Both the position numbers and the translations under genes were made by a program. Positions 1 to 13,299 of a stretch of DNA of 64,000 nucleotides are shown here, piece after piece; the first letter of the stretch is position 1, and each line of letters starts with the position of its first letter. This DNA is from Sphagnum compactum (lineage: Eukaryota), in the NCBI GenBank assembly GCA_965153455.1, contig OZ234493.1, positions 23,178,213-23,242,212 on the forward strand, given 5' to 3'. Under the pieces are notes generated by a model that saw only the letters and a list, made by a program, of their open reading frames with translations, searched no databases and had not been told where the DNA came from.

Positions 1-749
1 ATAAAGTTGTTAATGAGCATGGTTTGAAGCTCAACATTATATTACAATGATATTAATTTATTACATAAAAATAATGTTGTTTTTCTATTTGTCCATCCAT
101 GCCATCCAAACCTACTTCTTCCAAGCCTCAATGTTGCACTCCTTTCCTTTGCACACACACTTACATAGACATAAAAAAAACACATGCTAATTTACATTTT
201 CATATCTGTGTTATATATATTAAAATAATTAAATAACCATGTCTGATAAGCTTATCTACTTGATCTCTTTCCTTTACAATTTTGAGATCTAACATAAATA
301 ATGATGAACTATAAAAAAACCATATGAAATCATAGGGGAAAAAATAGGGGGAAAAGGGGGAAGGGAACCTTTTGTTCAAATTGGAACCTTGCCCTTGCCC
401 ACCACTTGTTTTGATGAAATCACTAATGGTTTTGTGCAATACATCAATGTTGTATCACTATCTTAAGGTGGTCACTCTTTGCATCAATTGCTTGCCCTTT
501 GCGTACTTGGGCATCTTAGACATAATCGTAAACAAGATAAATGCCAATATTTATCCTTATTTATTTATACCTATGATAAATTTTGGCAACTGATAAAAGG
601 TAAACTTATTTAATGAATCAACATTTTTCACTATGTTCAAAATTCCTTTGTAATTATCAGAGTGCAATGGGTGTTAGAAACTGCACAAAACCCCCGCAGG
701 GTATCGGAGTTGATACTTGCCGTTACTTAGACATCCGGTTATGATATAT

Positions 750-1095
750 AATCATGGTTATTGAAAAATCAAAATGCCTGGTTATTACATAGTAACCATG
801 GTTCTCAGCTTTTTTAGAAGTCAGACGAGTCCCCGGAAAGCTTCCAGGTCTTTGATGGTTCTTTCATGACACCCGGTGGTTCTTTGAGAGTTTTTTTGAA
901 ATACACAGAACTGGTGGTGGTTTGGTTCCGACTTTTCAAATACCCAGACCCGACGGTTCTTTGGTTCTGAAATTTTTCAAATGCCTGCTGGAACAACGGT
1001 TCTTTTATTCTGATTTTTTTTTCAAATACGAGGAACCAACAAAAATCGAAGGACCACCTCACATTCGTAATTTATCAATGTTGGGCGGATATTAA
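750..1095. repeat. Dispersed repeat (probable non-autonomous DNA transposon), related to 41020-41251
   Basis: Reiterated GGTTCTTTG..TTCTGAA.TTTTTTCAAATACC motifs are shared with 41020-41251. CAATGTTGGGCGGATATT at ~1077 is close to the reverse complement of AATACCCGCTCAACATTG at ~41234. Boundaries are approximate. Confidence 0.5.
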
Positions 1096-1690
1096 AAATT
1101 GGCTGAAAATCGGGCAAAGTTTCAAGCCGGATTTTAGTTGAATACCTCCGAGTATTCCCGGGAGTCATACCCTGTTGGAAACCTGTTTATTGTTAGTGAG
1201 AGCCGGTCACTTGAAATCATGTCTTTACTTATTCATAATTGATACCCCATCAAAGTATGAAAAATATCAGGATCAGAGTTTTTAATTCGACCTAATATTT
1301 TGCTACATTCAATAATCATTTTAGGTGTTAAGTAAGATTATAAATTAGATCTGAAATAGTATAAATTTTTAAAACCAATATGTGAAAATTGTCTTTGAAT
1401 ATTGATGAGAGTCTGAAACGTGTGAGACCCAACACTTTGAATCCAGATGAAAATATTTTTCTCAAATTGTTGAAACCGTGCTCCAGTCTTTAGAAAAATA
1501 ATTTAAATTTTAAAAAAAAATTGGTCTTATAAACTCTTCTAAAACCTGGACCCAACGGGTCTTTTAAAAACCTGATAACCGCCCAGCGCTGGTAATTACG
1601 AAGCAAAAAAATCTCCAAATTGGGAAGTTCAGGAAATTGAAGAAGAGGTCCCCCAACGAGGTCCCAATTGGACGTCTCAAAGGACGGCAA

Positions 1691-1722
1691 AAACCCTAAC
1701 GGAAGCCCTAATAAGATGGGCT
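1691..1722 (+). promoter_or_regulatory. Telo-box (AAACCCTAA) plus site II motif (TGGGCT) upstream of the RPL37 copy
   Basis: AAACCCTAA at 1691-1699 and TGGGCT at 1717-1722, about 100 bp upstream of the ATG at 1804. This pair is typical of plant ribosomal protein gene promoters. Confidence 0.6.
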
Positions 1723-1803
1723 CTTTGTTTTCTTTCTCCCGTCTTCTGCCGCGCGGTCGTGTGCGGAGCTTCCGGGAGCTCGCTCCTCCTACCTGAAGCA
1801 ACC

Positions 1804-3698
1804 ATGGTACGCTGATCTTTTGGTTCTGTTGCGCTTTACCATCCCCCTAGGAGCCTTTCTTGTGGAGCCCGAGTGAAGTTTGAGATATTCGCAGTTTTAT
1901 GTGCTTTTTTTGGCTGTTTTTGTGACAAAGCGTAATATAAATTGAAGGAACGGGATCGTTATTCGTCTTCTGGTATGATAGAAGCTTTCATCAGCTCAAG
2001 GAATGCAACTCGGAATCGTATTCCAGCAACATGTTTTGTTTGGGGCTCCTTGTTATCTTCAGTATTTCGGTCATCTTTGTAATATTCGGAGTTTGGAGGC
2101 GAAAATTGTTAGAATTTCTCTAACACTTTTTCCGCCTTGTCATGACTCTAAAGGTCCTATTGTCAGTGTGATAATAGTTCACGAAGGTAAGGATAGTCGT
2201 GGGGAGAGAGATTGTTTCGTAGATATCTAAAAATGTGCTGATTGGTTTTGTCACGAACTCCATGCTTTGATGAGAAAATTGATACCCTAGTTTGGAAACT
2301 CTACTGTTAATCTTCGTTTCAGGTTCCATGACCATTCCTTCAAGGATTCAGTTTCGATTGCATTGCTTTACATGAGCACACCTTTTGAAGTCAAGTTGTA
2401 CGACTGCTTTTTCACCTCTGTAAATCCTAGGTCTTTAGGTAGAGTTTCTTTGATTGACTTCTTTTTGCACCTGATAATTGCTGATGCTTATTATATTCCA
2501 TTCGGATCCAGTGGACTTACGCCTCTGGGATTTCTTGTCAGCATTTTACCTGACAACATGTTGAAATTGTCTCCTGGGTACAGGGTAAAGGGACAGGTAG
2601 TTTTGGCAAGCGGCGGAATAAGTCTCATACACTCTGCAGGCGCTATGGTCATTGCAGTTTCCACATCAAGAAAAGCCGGTGCTCAGCTTGTGCTTATCCT
2701 GCCACAAGAATTCGCTCCTGTAAGTCCCTGAATTTGATGCTTGGTGTCATTACTGAACTTTAGATGTTATAGTACCTGGTCACTACCATGTATGTTCCTG
2801 TTGAAGGTCACTGAGCATTGTGTGACTGTTGCTGCTCTTGAAACTGTTCCCCTTTGTTTTTCCCTGGTTTGTATTCTCCTCCTTTTCTCCCCTTTGGTGG
2901 TATATTGTTCGATCCAAAATCTCTGCCCCCCACCATCTCTCAATTCACATTGACTTACAACATAAGTATGGAGAAGTTCACAATTAATATGAACATTTAA
3001 TTTGTTGAACTCTGAAAGAATCAGAAGGTTGTGAATGCTGTGAAGAGCACATTAATGAGTATTCTGTGAAAGGAAATGTTTTGATTTGGCTAAGGTAGAC
3101 ATTTCTAGAACCATTTGTCTGCTTGCCCTGATCTTTCCTGAGGAATCATATACTGCCCATGATGTTTGTGGAGGGCTGTCACCCATCCCCTGTGGGTGTT
3201 ACACAGAATCTAGTAGTTCATTGTGTTGAGCAAACCTCTTTGTAATTGATAGAAGTATGCTGTCTGCATCTTGACAGAATTGTTACATTTGTGAAGCACT
3301 TTCTGGATGTAGTGGTTTTCACTTAGGTTCTCTCTTTTTTTTTTGCCTTTGAGCAGACAACTGAAGTGTGAAGGCCATCCAGAGGAAGACAACAGGAACT
3401 GGTCGCATGTGGCATCTGCGTGACTTGCCCCGCCGGTTCAAGGACAATTTCAGAGAAGGTATGTGGTTTAATATTGATAGAATACCCTGCTGTGCTTGCA
3501 GGTCATTTGGAAGTAATATCTGAGTAGGTAGTGCTTGCTGAGAAACTGTGTGTGCTTGTATTTCTTCCAATTTATTTGCTCTTCAGAGTGGTATACAATT
3601 AAGCAGTGTTTTGAAGCCAATATGCACCTGCACTGAGAAGTTTCTGTACTTTTTCAGGGTCTCAGGCACCACCAAAGGTCAAAGCAGCTGCCACTTAG
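1804..3698 (+). pseudogene. RPL37: 60S ribosomal protein L37 (eL37) pseudogene with intact exon-intron structure
   Basis: Exons 1804-1806 (ATG|gtacgc), 2584-2719, 3357-3458 and 3658-3698, all GT-AG, total 282 nt. Translation: [92 protein letters not shown]. An in-frame TGA at 3362-3364 replaces the conserved Trp, and a zinc-finger Cys is changed to Tyr at 2644-2646. Confidence 0.9.
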
Positions 3699-5477
3699 GC
3701 TTGCCCACTGGATTTTTTGAAGGCTAAGGTACTGGCTGTCCAGAACAGTTCTATATTTCAATTGGCCTATATCAACCATAATTTGTGTTTATTTATTGCT
3801 GGTGCAATTGTGTCTGCTGCTCTTGTTCCTTTGAGAGGTTGCACCTGGTGATCATGTGCACACACTATGATCATTTCATGAAGTTTTATACTTTCCCATT
3901 ATTTTACATAATGCAACTGGAAACAGTGTAATCACAGGGAAACTGCTGCTGAAAAAACTAGTCTTCTGTAACTAGTTTGTTGCCCTAATTGTAAGTAATA
4001 TAGTGGTGTGTGAAGGTAGATAGCAGATATGTTGGCCATCCAGTAATTCTCTCAGCCCACAAGGACTTTACACAGATCAAACCTGGCACTCATGAAATTT
4101 CCTGGCTACTTTTCTTTATGCTGTTGGGTTACCTATGGACCTTCAATCATTCCATTTCAATATCCATGCTTCAAGTTCCTTCCAATTTGTACACATTCCC
4201 ACCCTCTTGATTCTCAGCCTCATCAATCACCTCTTCTTCCTGTTAGTCATTGGCTGTGTTTGAGGATTGCTCCAAAATTGCCTCATCAGTTTTGTCTTGT
4301 TCATCCTCAGATTCCAGTTTCTGGCCTGCAGAAATTAGCCACCTCAACCAACAGATTAAACTCTTTACAGAGTGCTGTTTTCTTGCATCATGAAGTGTAT
4401 TGGTTTAAGAATCACACACCTGACTTCCCACTGCTCATTATGTTGATTAACCAGGTGAACACCTTATGGTGGGCGGCAATGCTACAGTATTCTGCAGTAA
4501 GGTCTGAGTAGGTGGATTCAACAATTTTTTGAAAAACAAATCATCTTCAACAGACACTTTGGTCACTATCCTCAGTGTATGATCATTACCAGAAGATTAT
4601 GTCATAAAACTGGTCAAGAAAATGACAATCTCTGCCATCCGAGACCAGAATTTTCAAATGATGGGGCTCCATCTCCTACTGTTGTGGAAATTCTCTAGGT
4701 TTGCTGGACAAATTTGTGTGGAAGAATCATCAGTTGTCCACCTGGATTATGGTGACAGGTTCAACATACTGTTCTCACTTGTAGTTCTACACATATGCAC
4801 ATCCTCCAGCAGCAGCTTTTGATGACAAAAACAAACCCTATTTTAGAGCATGGACCAGGTGGCTGCAGACAGCATGTGATTTCTAAAGTCCTTGGAATCC
4901 ATTATCATTCTACATGGGCAACATAATTGCAATTAATGTGACCTCCATCACAAAGAGCTCAAGACACACACACATTGTCAGCACCATGTACTAGAAACCC
5001 AAAGGGCAATGTGACCAAAACAAGCACCCAGCAAGTTAAGGACCTCGAATTTCTTATATAAGAAAAATTAACTATTGTTTGATTACAGCCTTCAATAAAA
5101 AAGTTAGTACAAAACCCCCAAAAGTCTTTGTAAATAAACACATGGAAACCATCTCATTCTCATGTAGATTTCATTGCTGAAATTCACGGCACTAATATGG
5201 AAGTAAAATACCTACCTCTTACAATAGTTCAAATCCTTGCATGCTTGATCTAAAAGCTTGAAGACTGTGCCGTAGAATACATTGATCTTGGAGAAGAAAC
5301 ATAAGACCATGATTCCATGAGTGGTACCAGGCCACTATTCTTGACCATAAACACAGGATGGTCAAGCAGAAATTTAGAATCAAACAATTGAACCTGTGTG
5401 CCACATACAATATGGGGTCCCAAAAAGACCAAGGTGGGGGGGAGGGTATAGTGAAGGAAAAAGGTACCAGAGATAAA

Positions 5478-8400
5478 TCAAGATGTCAAGTCATCAGGGA
5501 GGTTTGGTTGATTAGTGCCCATGACACTGCCACCCACATCAGGAAATTTCTCATGTCCTGGAAGAGGCATCACCAATCCATCAACAGTCACTTGCAAAGG
5601 GTAGGGCATGAGATGGCCTTGCATGTCTGTCACCTCACTGGCTGTGTACTGCTGCCAGTTTGACTCAGCCAGGGCATTCACCCGGTGCACACACTCTGCA
5701 CTTTCTGGATCCTCAAAAGTTGGCTCCAATGTTCCAAAATGCTCTGCCCAGAGTGACATTCGGTACCCATAAACCTAACAAACACACACTCACACATATC
5801 AGGGATGTTGTGGGTTAATATTCACTTCCATTCCATCACATCAGAAGTTTCTTTAAGACCTCCAAGATAGGGATAAACTTTCTGATAAGTCAAGAACCCC
5901 CAACCAAAAGCACTCACCTGCCCACGGGGTGGTGCATGCTTAAAACTCCATGTATGATAGGGTTGATAAGCCCCCATGGCAATCTCAGTGTCCCGAGACC
6001 CATCCATTGACCTTTGATTTATGTTTGCAGAGCCCACTATCACAAACTCATCATCCACTATCATCCCCTTTGCATGAACATATATCATGAACCGTCTGTT
6101 CTTCTGGGCATGCCACTGAAAACAGACATCATAACAGAAGAGTCAGGGGAGAAGCTTTCAGTAAGTGCCAAGCTCTAGCTTAACCATAGAACTCTCACCT
6201 AAGATTCCATAATCTTTGACCAAAGACAACTAAATATGAATGAGAAATGTCCCTGAGAACGGGAAGGCGAAGGCCAAAACTTGAATTAATCTTACATGTT
6301 TTGAGTTCGGTTCTGGCTTCCGTAATGGTTCAGGCTCAAAAGACTTTTTCACCTCTCGATTCCCAAGACAGTAGAAATTCAAATAATCCCGAGGGTGCCG
6401 TTGACCAGTCAGACCACAATCCCTCAATGCTTCCGCAATCAACTTGTACATCATCTTCATTGTTTGTGACTATGTCCAACAACACCAAACAAACATGCAG
6501 ATCAATCTAGAGTACATACTGACTCTTTATGCAATGTAGCAAGTGAACCATGCAGGGCTTTGGCACTGTAGACTCTGATTGGAGATTTTGCTAGTGCAGG
6601 CTGAACAGCTGCTTAGTGTGATTGGTTCAAGAAGTCAGTGAGATGGCAAAAGAATTTTACCTGAAAGTAGAGGATTTCTTGTACTGCTGCACTCTCAGGT
6701 ACACCTTCTGGCCACATAGGCACCACAACATACACAGCAAACATCTGACCAGCTCGTATCTTGCTGCAAATCTTCAAAGCGAGCTCCATTGGGATGAGGT
6801 GGTTTGCACCTAATCCACAAAACCCGAGCCAAAGACGAATTTTTCAACCACCCAAAAAATGTGACACCTGCTGTTCTCATTACCCTAAGACAGCTGCCTA
6901 AAATGCCAAAACTGCATGAAGCCCTCCACCCTCAAAAATAGAAGACAACAGAAGTATGTGAGATAAAAATCTGAAAACATGATTTGCTTTGTTGGAATAA
7001 ATACCAGCTTTGTCATAGTCAGGCCAGTTGTAAGAAGACCCAAGGAAGTATTGGTTTTCAATGTATATGAAGTGCTGGGCAGAGCGAATGGCCTTGATGT
7101 ATGCCATTTGAATGCTTACATCAATAGCAACACTTTTCCCCCATACGAGATGCTGCTCCCAAAAACAGACGTCACACGGGTATTCAAAATCAAATCTGTG
7201 CAACACAGCAATATCTGGTTTCCAAGTCCCCTACTATTGGTAATACATTCAAATCTGCCAATTTTCTCCATGTAATGACATCCCCTCTGGCTCTGGACAA
7301 CATGACATGGCCTTACCTGCTGTTGCACCTCTTCAGCAATCTTTGGGAAGCCTTTCACTGATCCAGAATCAATCGAGCGGAAGACCTGCACCAGGCTCCC
7401 AAAGTAAAAACTCTGATTGTCAGAAGCTGCTCTATGACTGATCGCATGAAAGCCCAAAAGAGTTTGGAAGCATCCAAATAGAATTTTGATACACCATGAC
7501 ATTAACAGACAGCCTTTCAACTTGAGCTGCACATATCCACTTTTTACTGAGGAGAAATGATGACTCTAAAGATAGAAGGTCTGTGATTCCTTGAATTTGA
7601 AGGAAACAATGAGCCAGTGACCTCCTCACAAATTCTGCAGCATTGGGTTGCTTGTATTCTTTTAAATAGAAAGTAATTGGCAATAATCTTTTCATGTTGT
7701 GATGTTGCACAAGGGAACTTTAAAGTTGAAAATGTAAGAGTGGACAATTCACCTGAACATGCCAAGTCTCAGGATCATTGTCCTTAGTCACATTTAGGGA
7801 TGGGTCCCCATCGGGTGGGGCTTGATTTGAAGGAGATAGGATCCTTGGAATGCGGTTGATATCAAGGAGCTCATCATCATGTCGGTAGGTGGCCTTTCTC
7901 CATCGCTGCTCAAAGTTGGTGAGGACATCATATGCAGCATGACCATCAATCCTGCAGTGCCAATCATGCCATGGTTCTCTTGGCCCTCCCCCCTCTGCCC
8001 CAGTCTGTTACACCAGATTCTCTGTTAACTTCCTCCAATTTTCCTTTTTTCCATTAATCAAATTATATGCAGCATCAGCATACATGCAGAAACTCCCAGG
8101 AACTTGCTTTGACAAGTGCAGAATGAGACATGGGCCAACCCAAATCTTGCAGACATGTTGAACATTGTTGTTCTTGATCTTGTGAATCAACAAAAGCCAA
8201 AACTCACCGTAAAGCTCTTGTTGCGAAAATCACCCTTATGCTCATTTTGAAGACTAGAAAAGAGAAGGTGGGAGGGTGTGTCCCATCGCCCCCCTGTAAG
8301 ATCGAGGCCACCGATGAAAGAGGTAAGCTTCCGCATGTTGCTTGGGCCATCTGTGTCCACTATCACTACCTTTTGATGATGCGAATATAGTGTTCCAACC

Positions 8401-11003
8401 ACCTGGAGTCAACACATTACTTTAGTGATTAGGGCTTCTCCACAGATATTGCCAAAACCCAGTCCAGGTAGTGACCAAGTGTATTAAAAACCGGAACAGC
8501 ATAGTGCCAGGAAGACACATTTGAAAATTGTTTTGCCAATTTGAAACTCTTTAGATGGTTTTGAGAGTGCACCTTTTGCCTGACCCAGCTGACCTTGTCA
8601 TCAGCATAGCGTGGTGCCAGAATACAGCGCACCCCTGTGTTTTTGAAAAACTTCTTTGTTTCTTCGTCATGTGTGTTCATCACCCCATTCTGGAAACAGC
8701 GAACATGAAGTTGAGGAACTTAAAAAACCTTCACACCGTGAGCCTGGATATATTCCTTTAAACTTGTGATGACATCACAAAACGTAGAAAGACTATTCCA
8801 TGGTAAAGACACACAAACTTTCTAGATAGTAGCCAAAATCTAGCCTGAAAATAAATTTAAGCATGCAATGAGCTGACAAATAGTTGCAGAGCTACTAAGA
8901 ACATGAAGTCCAAAGGAGATCATTCATACTGTCTTAAGAAGACTGTAATCATTTGAAGTTCTGTCATCCCACTGTAACAGCAGAACACGGATGCCATCAG
9001 CGGACTTCTTCTTCAACAGTTCTCCCAATGTCAAATTCCCACCATCAGGGACTGGCCTGTTGTTGTCACGTACAAGCTTAATCTTGTCATAAATGGACCA
9101 CCCTGCTAGATATACCAAGTGATGTGCACCTGCAATGGCAGAACACATTTCCTCCCAACACCGATGCTGGTGATACTCAATACCACTTTCAAGCCAAATT
9201 CGTGGAAGTGTGCTGTCATAGATATGTGTGTCTTGGTAGAGAGTTAAGTCACATCCCTTTCGGAGGGGGAAATATGTGAAGGGGACCCCAAAAGAGTCTG
9301 GCCCTACCCCTTGTGTGTACAAGGGGACCTTTTCAACAGGCTGATAGGATACACGGAGGTGTAACTTTGCACCCGCATGACACAACTTGCCATTAGTATT
9401 TAGAACTTCAAACCAGTCATCAATGATGTCACCATCTAATAACTGCTCAACTGGAATCTTGACGTCCCCAATATGTTGTGAACCCAGCACATCCTGATCT
9501 TTGATTGTGAAGACCACCTCGTAAACATAATGTGCCACTGGGACTGAAAAATGTTCATTCCATTTGGGGTTTACATTGTTACTTATGACTCGAGTGCGTG
9601 CCACCCTGGCACCAGCAAGGACAACTATGACATAGGGGTCACTGGTGATCCCTGTCACATTTGCTGCAGCCTCTTTTGCTTTGGACTTTGCTCTTTGCAG
9701 TATGGATGGTAAACTGGATGTGGCTTGCCTAATCTTTTCAGAAAATATGTCCATGTTGGGCAGGTTTACAGCCTCATAGAGCACTACATCTAGAGTTCCA
9801 TGTAATAAGCAGCGCATGCTGGAGAAACCAGATCGCCTGGATGACATTGCCGTGCGTAGTGAGTCCGATTTTGTGGGGAGCATCCCTCCAGTAGGACCTG
9901 CAATATGCACATGAACATGCCTTTACTCAAAAGCATGAGAACAAAACCTCTGAGGTACTACTAGCATATTAAAAACCACACATTACCATATCAAACCATG
10001 AAGATTACAATGGGGATACCTGGATCATTGCTGTAGAGGGGTTGAGAACCATCAAACCGTTGGGACTGGAATGGCGCCTGTGGCCTTGGCATTACTTGCT
10101 CATTTTCAACAAAGGATGAAGCTGCTTACAATCCAAAGCCAACAAAGTCCCATGGGTTTTGCAGCTGTAGTCAGCTATACATGAATCTAAGAGACACCTC
10201 CAGACAGCTGGATCTTGTAACTAAAGCATGTGAAGTATTGAAAAATCTTTTGGTCCTAGCTCTCAGAGTCCAACATCTTTCATCTGGTGAGACAGATACA
10301 TTCATGGTTCAGAAGGTCAAATGATTGCAAACTTTGTGCTTGAGAATCAATTACTGTGTGGCTTGAGGCTGTGTCTGGAAGAGCAAATTTTACAGGTAGA
10401 GAAAGAAATTTGACCTGGTGATAGTCTAGGGTAAGCATCATAGCCCAAACTGTTGGAGCGGAAATCCTGTGCTGGAGCAGACTGACTGCCAATGTGAAAG
10501 CTTCCAAGGGATCCTCCAGTTCGTTGTAAATGTGGTGGCACACCAAACTGGCCTCCTAACCCTCCATCTTCATGAAACCTTGAGTTCCCAGATGGCAAGG
10601 GAGGATATGCCTGGGACTGTTGCATATAATAAGGAGATACGGGTTCAGTGACCTGGTTATAAGGATACCCTTGAAAATACAGGTTTGATGTGTTTTCCTG
10701 CGCATTCACCGGTGGATAAGGTGAAGAGTGCACATCTGGATACATTGAGCTTTCTGGAGATTGTCGAGGCTGATACCCTGCAGGGTTGTAAGAATGCACT
10801 TTAGGGTACAAAGATCCACTTTCAGATTCCCTTGCTGGTGGATACTGTGCCTCATTTGGTACAGGATAACCATAGACATTTTCGAAAAAAGAATTGGACC
10901 TCAAAGGAGGAGGGTAAGGAGGAGCTGGAGTTTGTGGTCCCCCAGGCCGCATTGGTTGATGCCCCCAGCTTCCTCCACCCCAATTTCCTGAATCTCCACT
11001 CAT
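5478..11003 (-). CDS. PLD: Phospholipase D, C2-domain type (beta/gamma/delta-like) with a Pro/Tyr/Ser-rich N-terminal extension, about 1085 aa
   Basis: 12 exons on the minus strand: 10415-11003, 10020-10121, 8930-9897, 8573-8689, 8208-8402, 7753-8004, 7317-7385, 7005-7152, 6661-6809, 6296-6469, 5918-6115, 5478-5774. All are GT-AG and total 3258 nt in frame. Motifs: C2 domain (LLHGTLDV...SDPYV...NPKWNEHF), HKD1 (HHQKVVIVD), [11 protein letters not shown]2 (HAKGMIVDD...[21 protein letters not shown]), C-terminus LPDDLTS. Confidence 0.95.
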
Positions 11004-11090
11004 GCTTCACTCATGGGAAAGCTCGCCCACTCTTACACCCTCTCTGACAAATGCTGATAATAGAAGTCACAACCTCCACCCCCACTACAT
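11000..11090 (-). promoter_or_regulatory. Two uORFs in the PLD leader (AUG-stop, and MSEA* overlapping the main ATG)
   Basis: ATGTAG at 11090-11085. ATG AGT GAA GCA TGA at 11014-11000 overlaps the main ATG (11003-11001). Both lie downstream of a likely acceptor tctcag| at 11097. Confidence 0.45.
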
Positions 11091-11394
11091 GGGGAGCCTG
11101 AGACAGAAACTCCCTGATGCCTTCCCAAGATATCGATGCAAATTCTTCCAGCAGCAAAACTCCAATATTTTTTTAAAAAATTCCGTCCACCTTCTGCAAC
11201 ACCAAGCACTTACAAATTGAAACCAAGACCTCCACACCAATAAAACAGTTCAAAGCACACAAACAGTACTGGACGATTGATTTCAGCTCCAGAAAGAAGC
11301 GGTCGGTCCTCAAACCCTAAACAGCATAAAGGAAAGCCCAATTGCGGAGCGCGCCCAGTTGTAATCAGTTGAGGCGATCACAACAGCCCACGCG

Positions 11395-11413
11395 AAGAAG
11401 AAGAAGAAGAAGA
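11395..11413 (+). repeat. (GAA)n microsatellite in the PLD 5' region
   Basis: gaagaagaagaagaagaag read directly. Confidence 0.8.
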
Positions 11414-13299
11414 AAGAGAAAACGAAACAAGAAACCCAATTCCGCAGCAAGCCTACAGCCGATCAGTAAGGGATACTCTAAAAACACAGCGCAGAAACCA
11501 AACAAGGGAAAATATTACGCCTCCAGCATGAACGACTTTAACTCCGAAGAAAACACAAAAGTCTATGGAAACACAAACCCCCACCCCTGTTTCTGTTTGA
11601 AGATTGCGCGATCAAGCTGCGATCAAGCAAGCAGCTGTATACTTGAACTATTTTTCTTTGCGGCAGCAACAACAAACAAGCCAGATCAAGAGAAGTGTGA
11701 GCCAAAAAGAAAACCAACAGCAACAAAACTGGTTTGGTGACAACACGGAACAAAAGAGGAAAGGAAACGTGGAAAAAGCAAAAAGAAACAGAGTCGGCCT
11801 ATATCACCCAACATCTTCTTAGGCATCTTCTCCGACACGTCCATTGTTGATATCTTTTTGTTGACAATGCAACGACAACGACTAGGGCGACTACCAACTT
11901 CTCGTGCAACTTCCCAGCTGCAACAACTTGACCAACCTGCATTCACCGAGATGACGTCTTTTGCAGTCTTAGCAGCAGCAATAACGTGATGCCACAATCC
12001 TGTTAAGTTCCGGTGTTTCTTTGACTGGCGAATATTCGCCAAATTTGCACCTGAAAAATATGATTCCGACCTGCACAAAGGCATTTTTCATGACCCAAAT
12101 TCGCCAGCTTTTGAAGATTTTTTTTTGCAAATCGCCAAATTTTTATGATAAGTTCCAGTAGGTAGTCAAGAATATAGAAGGATTCGGTAGGCAGGGCAGG
12201 ATCAGGGGCCTCTCAATCCGTCTTTCTTACCACGTCCCTTCTCAAAAGCCTCTAGACCAGGGTTTTGCTTTAAGGATTCCTCAAAGTAGCCTGTGTGGCG
12301 ATTCTGCATTTGAGCTAGCGCCTTAAGTGGCTACATAAAGAGGAAAAAAAAAATTTTAACCACATATGGTGATTTACCCAACCCCCAGGGCTTGTGTATT
12401 TGGCTATTGCAAGTTGCATCATGTATTTGGCTATCACAGTTTCATACATGTGAATAGTTGTTCGACTTTGACAAAGTGGGGGTTTAGATTTTAGTAAAAG
12501 AAATTTGGAAGCCTTTTGATGAGGTGTGAAAAATTGGAGTGGCAAAATTTGGTGACAAGCTCCTAATTAGAAATTAAAATTGAAACATAAGTAAAGAGAA
12601 GGATCTATCAAGAATTCCTTCCGAATTTTCGACCTCCCTTGGCTTATTGGTCTTGGGGGGTCTCAAATCTCCTATGTAAAATGTTGTCACGGCAATAAAA
12701 CTACAAAGGGACAACATTACAATGACAAGGACAGTGAAGAAGGATAGGTTGGTGGGAATGGAAGTTACTTTAACAAGTTCGAGAGTTTTTTTCAAATTGT
12801 TTAAATTATTGTTCCTACAACATCATTACAATGTTAATGAACAAGATTTCTTCAACCCATTGATGGACCAAAATATAAAAAGGAAAAAATGCAACAATTT
12901 TTATGTGAAGAAATTGAATCTTTATCTTGAAAGACATTACACACCCAATGGTAACATATGATCGTGACTTGCAAATCACATATTAGATTTGATATACAAA
13001 AACCATCAAATGCCCCTAACTATTCATATGTCAAATTGGTCAACATCATGGAAACTAGGGTTATTTCAAAATGTAAATTTTTTCATAAACTTGCACAACC
13101 AAACAACAATAAGCGTAACAAAACCAAAATGCAAGTTTAAATGCAACAAACAAATGGAAAGTTCAAAACGAGATAAATTTTATATGATTGAAAATAGTTG
13201 TCATGGATTGTAATTGCCAAATTGCCAACATAATTTATAATAACAACCATCATTTTATTTTTTAAATGTGCATTTATATAATACATATGAAGCTACAAG

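Noticed and set aside
1807-3356. Intronic C/D snoRNA in RPL37 introns
   Set aside because: TGATGA at ~2268 has no suitably spaced CTGA or terminal stem that I could identify.
3362-3364. TGA in RPL37 as selenocysteine, readthrough or an edited codon
   Set aside because: The position is a conserved Trp, land plants lack Sec machinery, and several other damaging substitutions co-occur.
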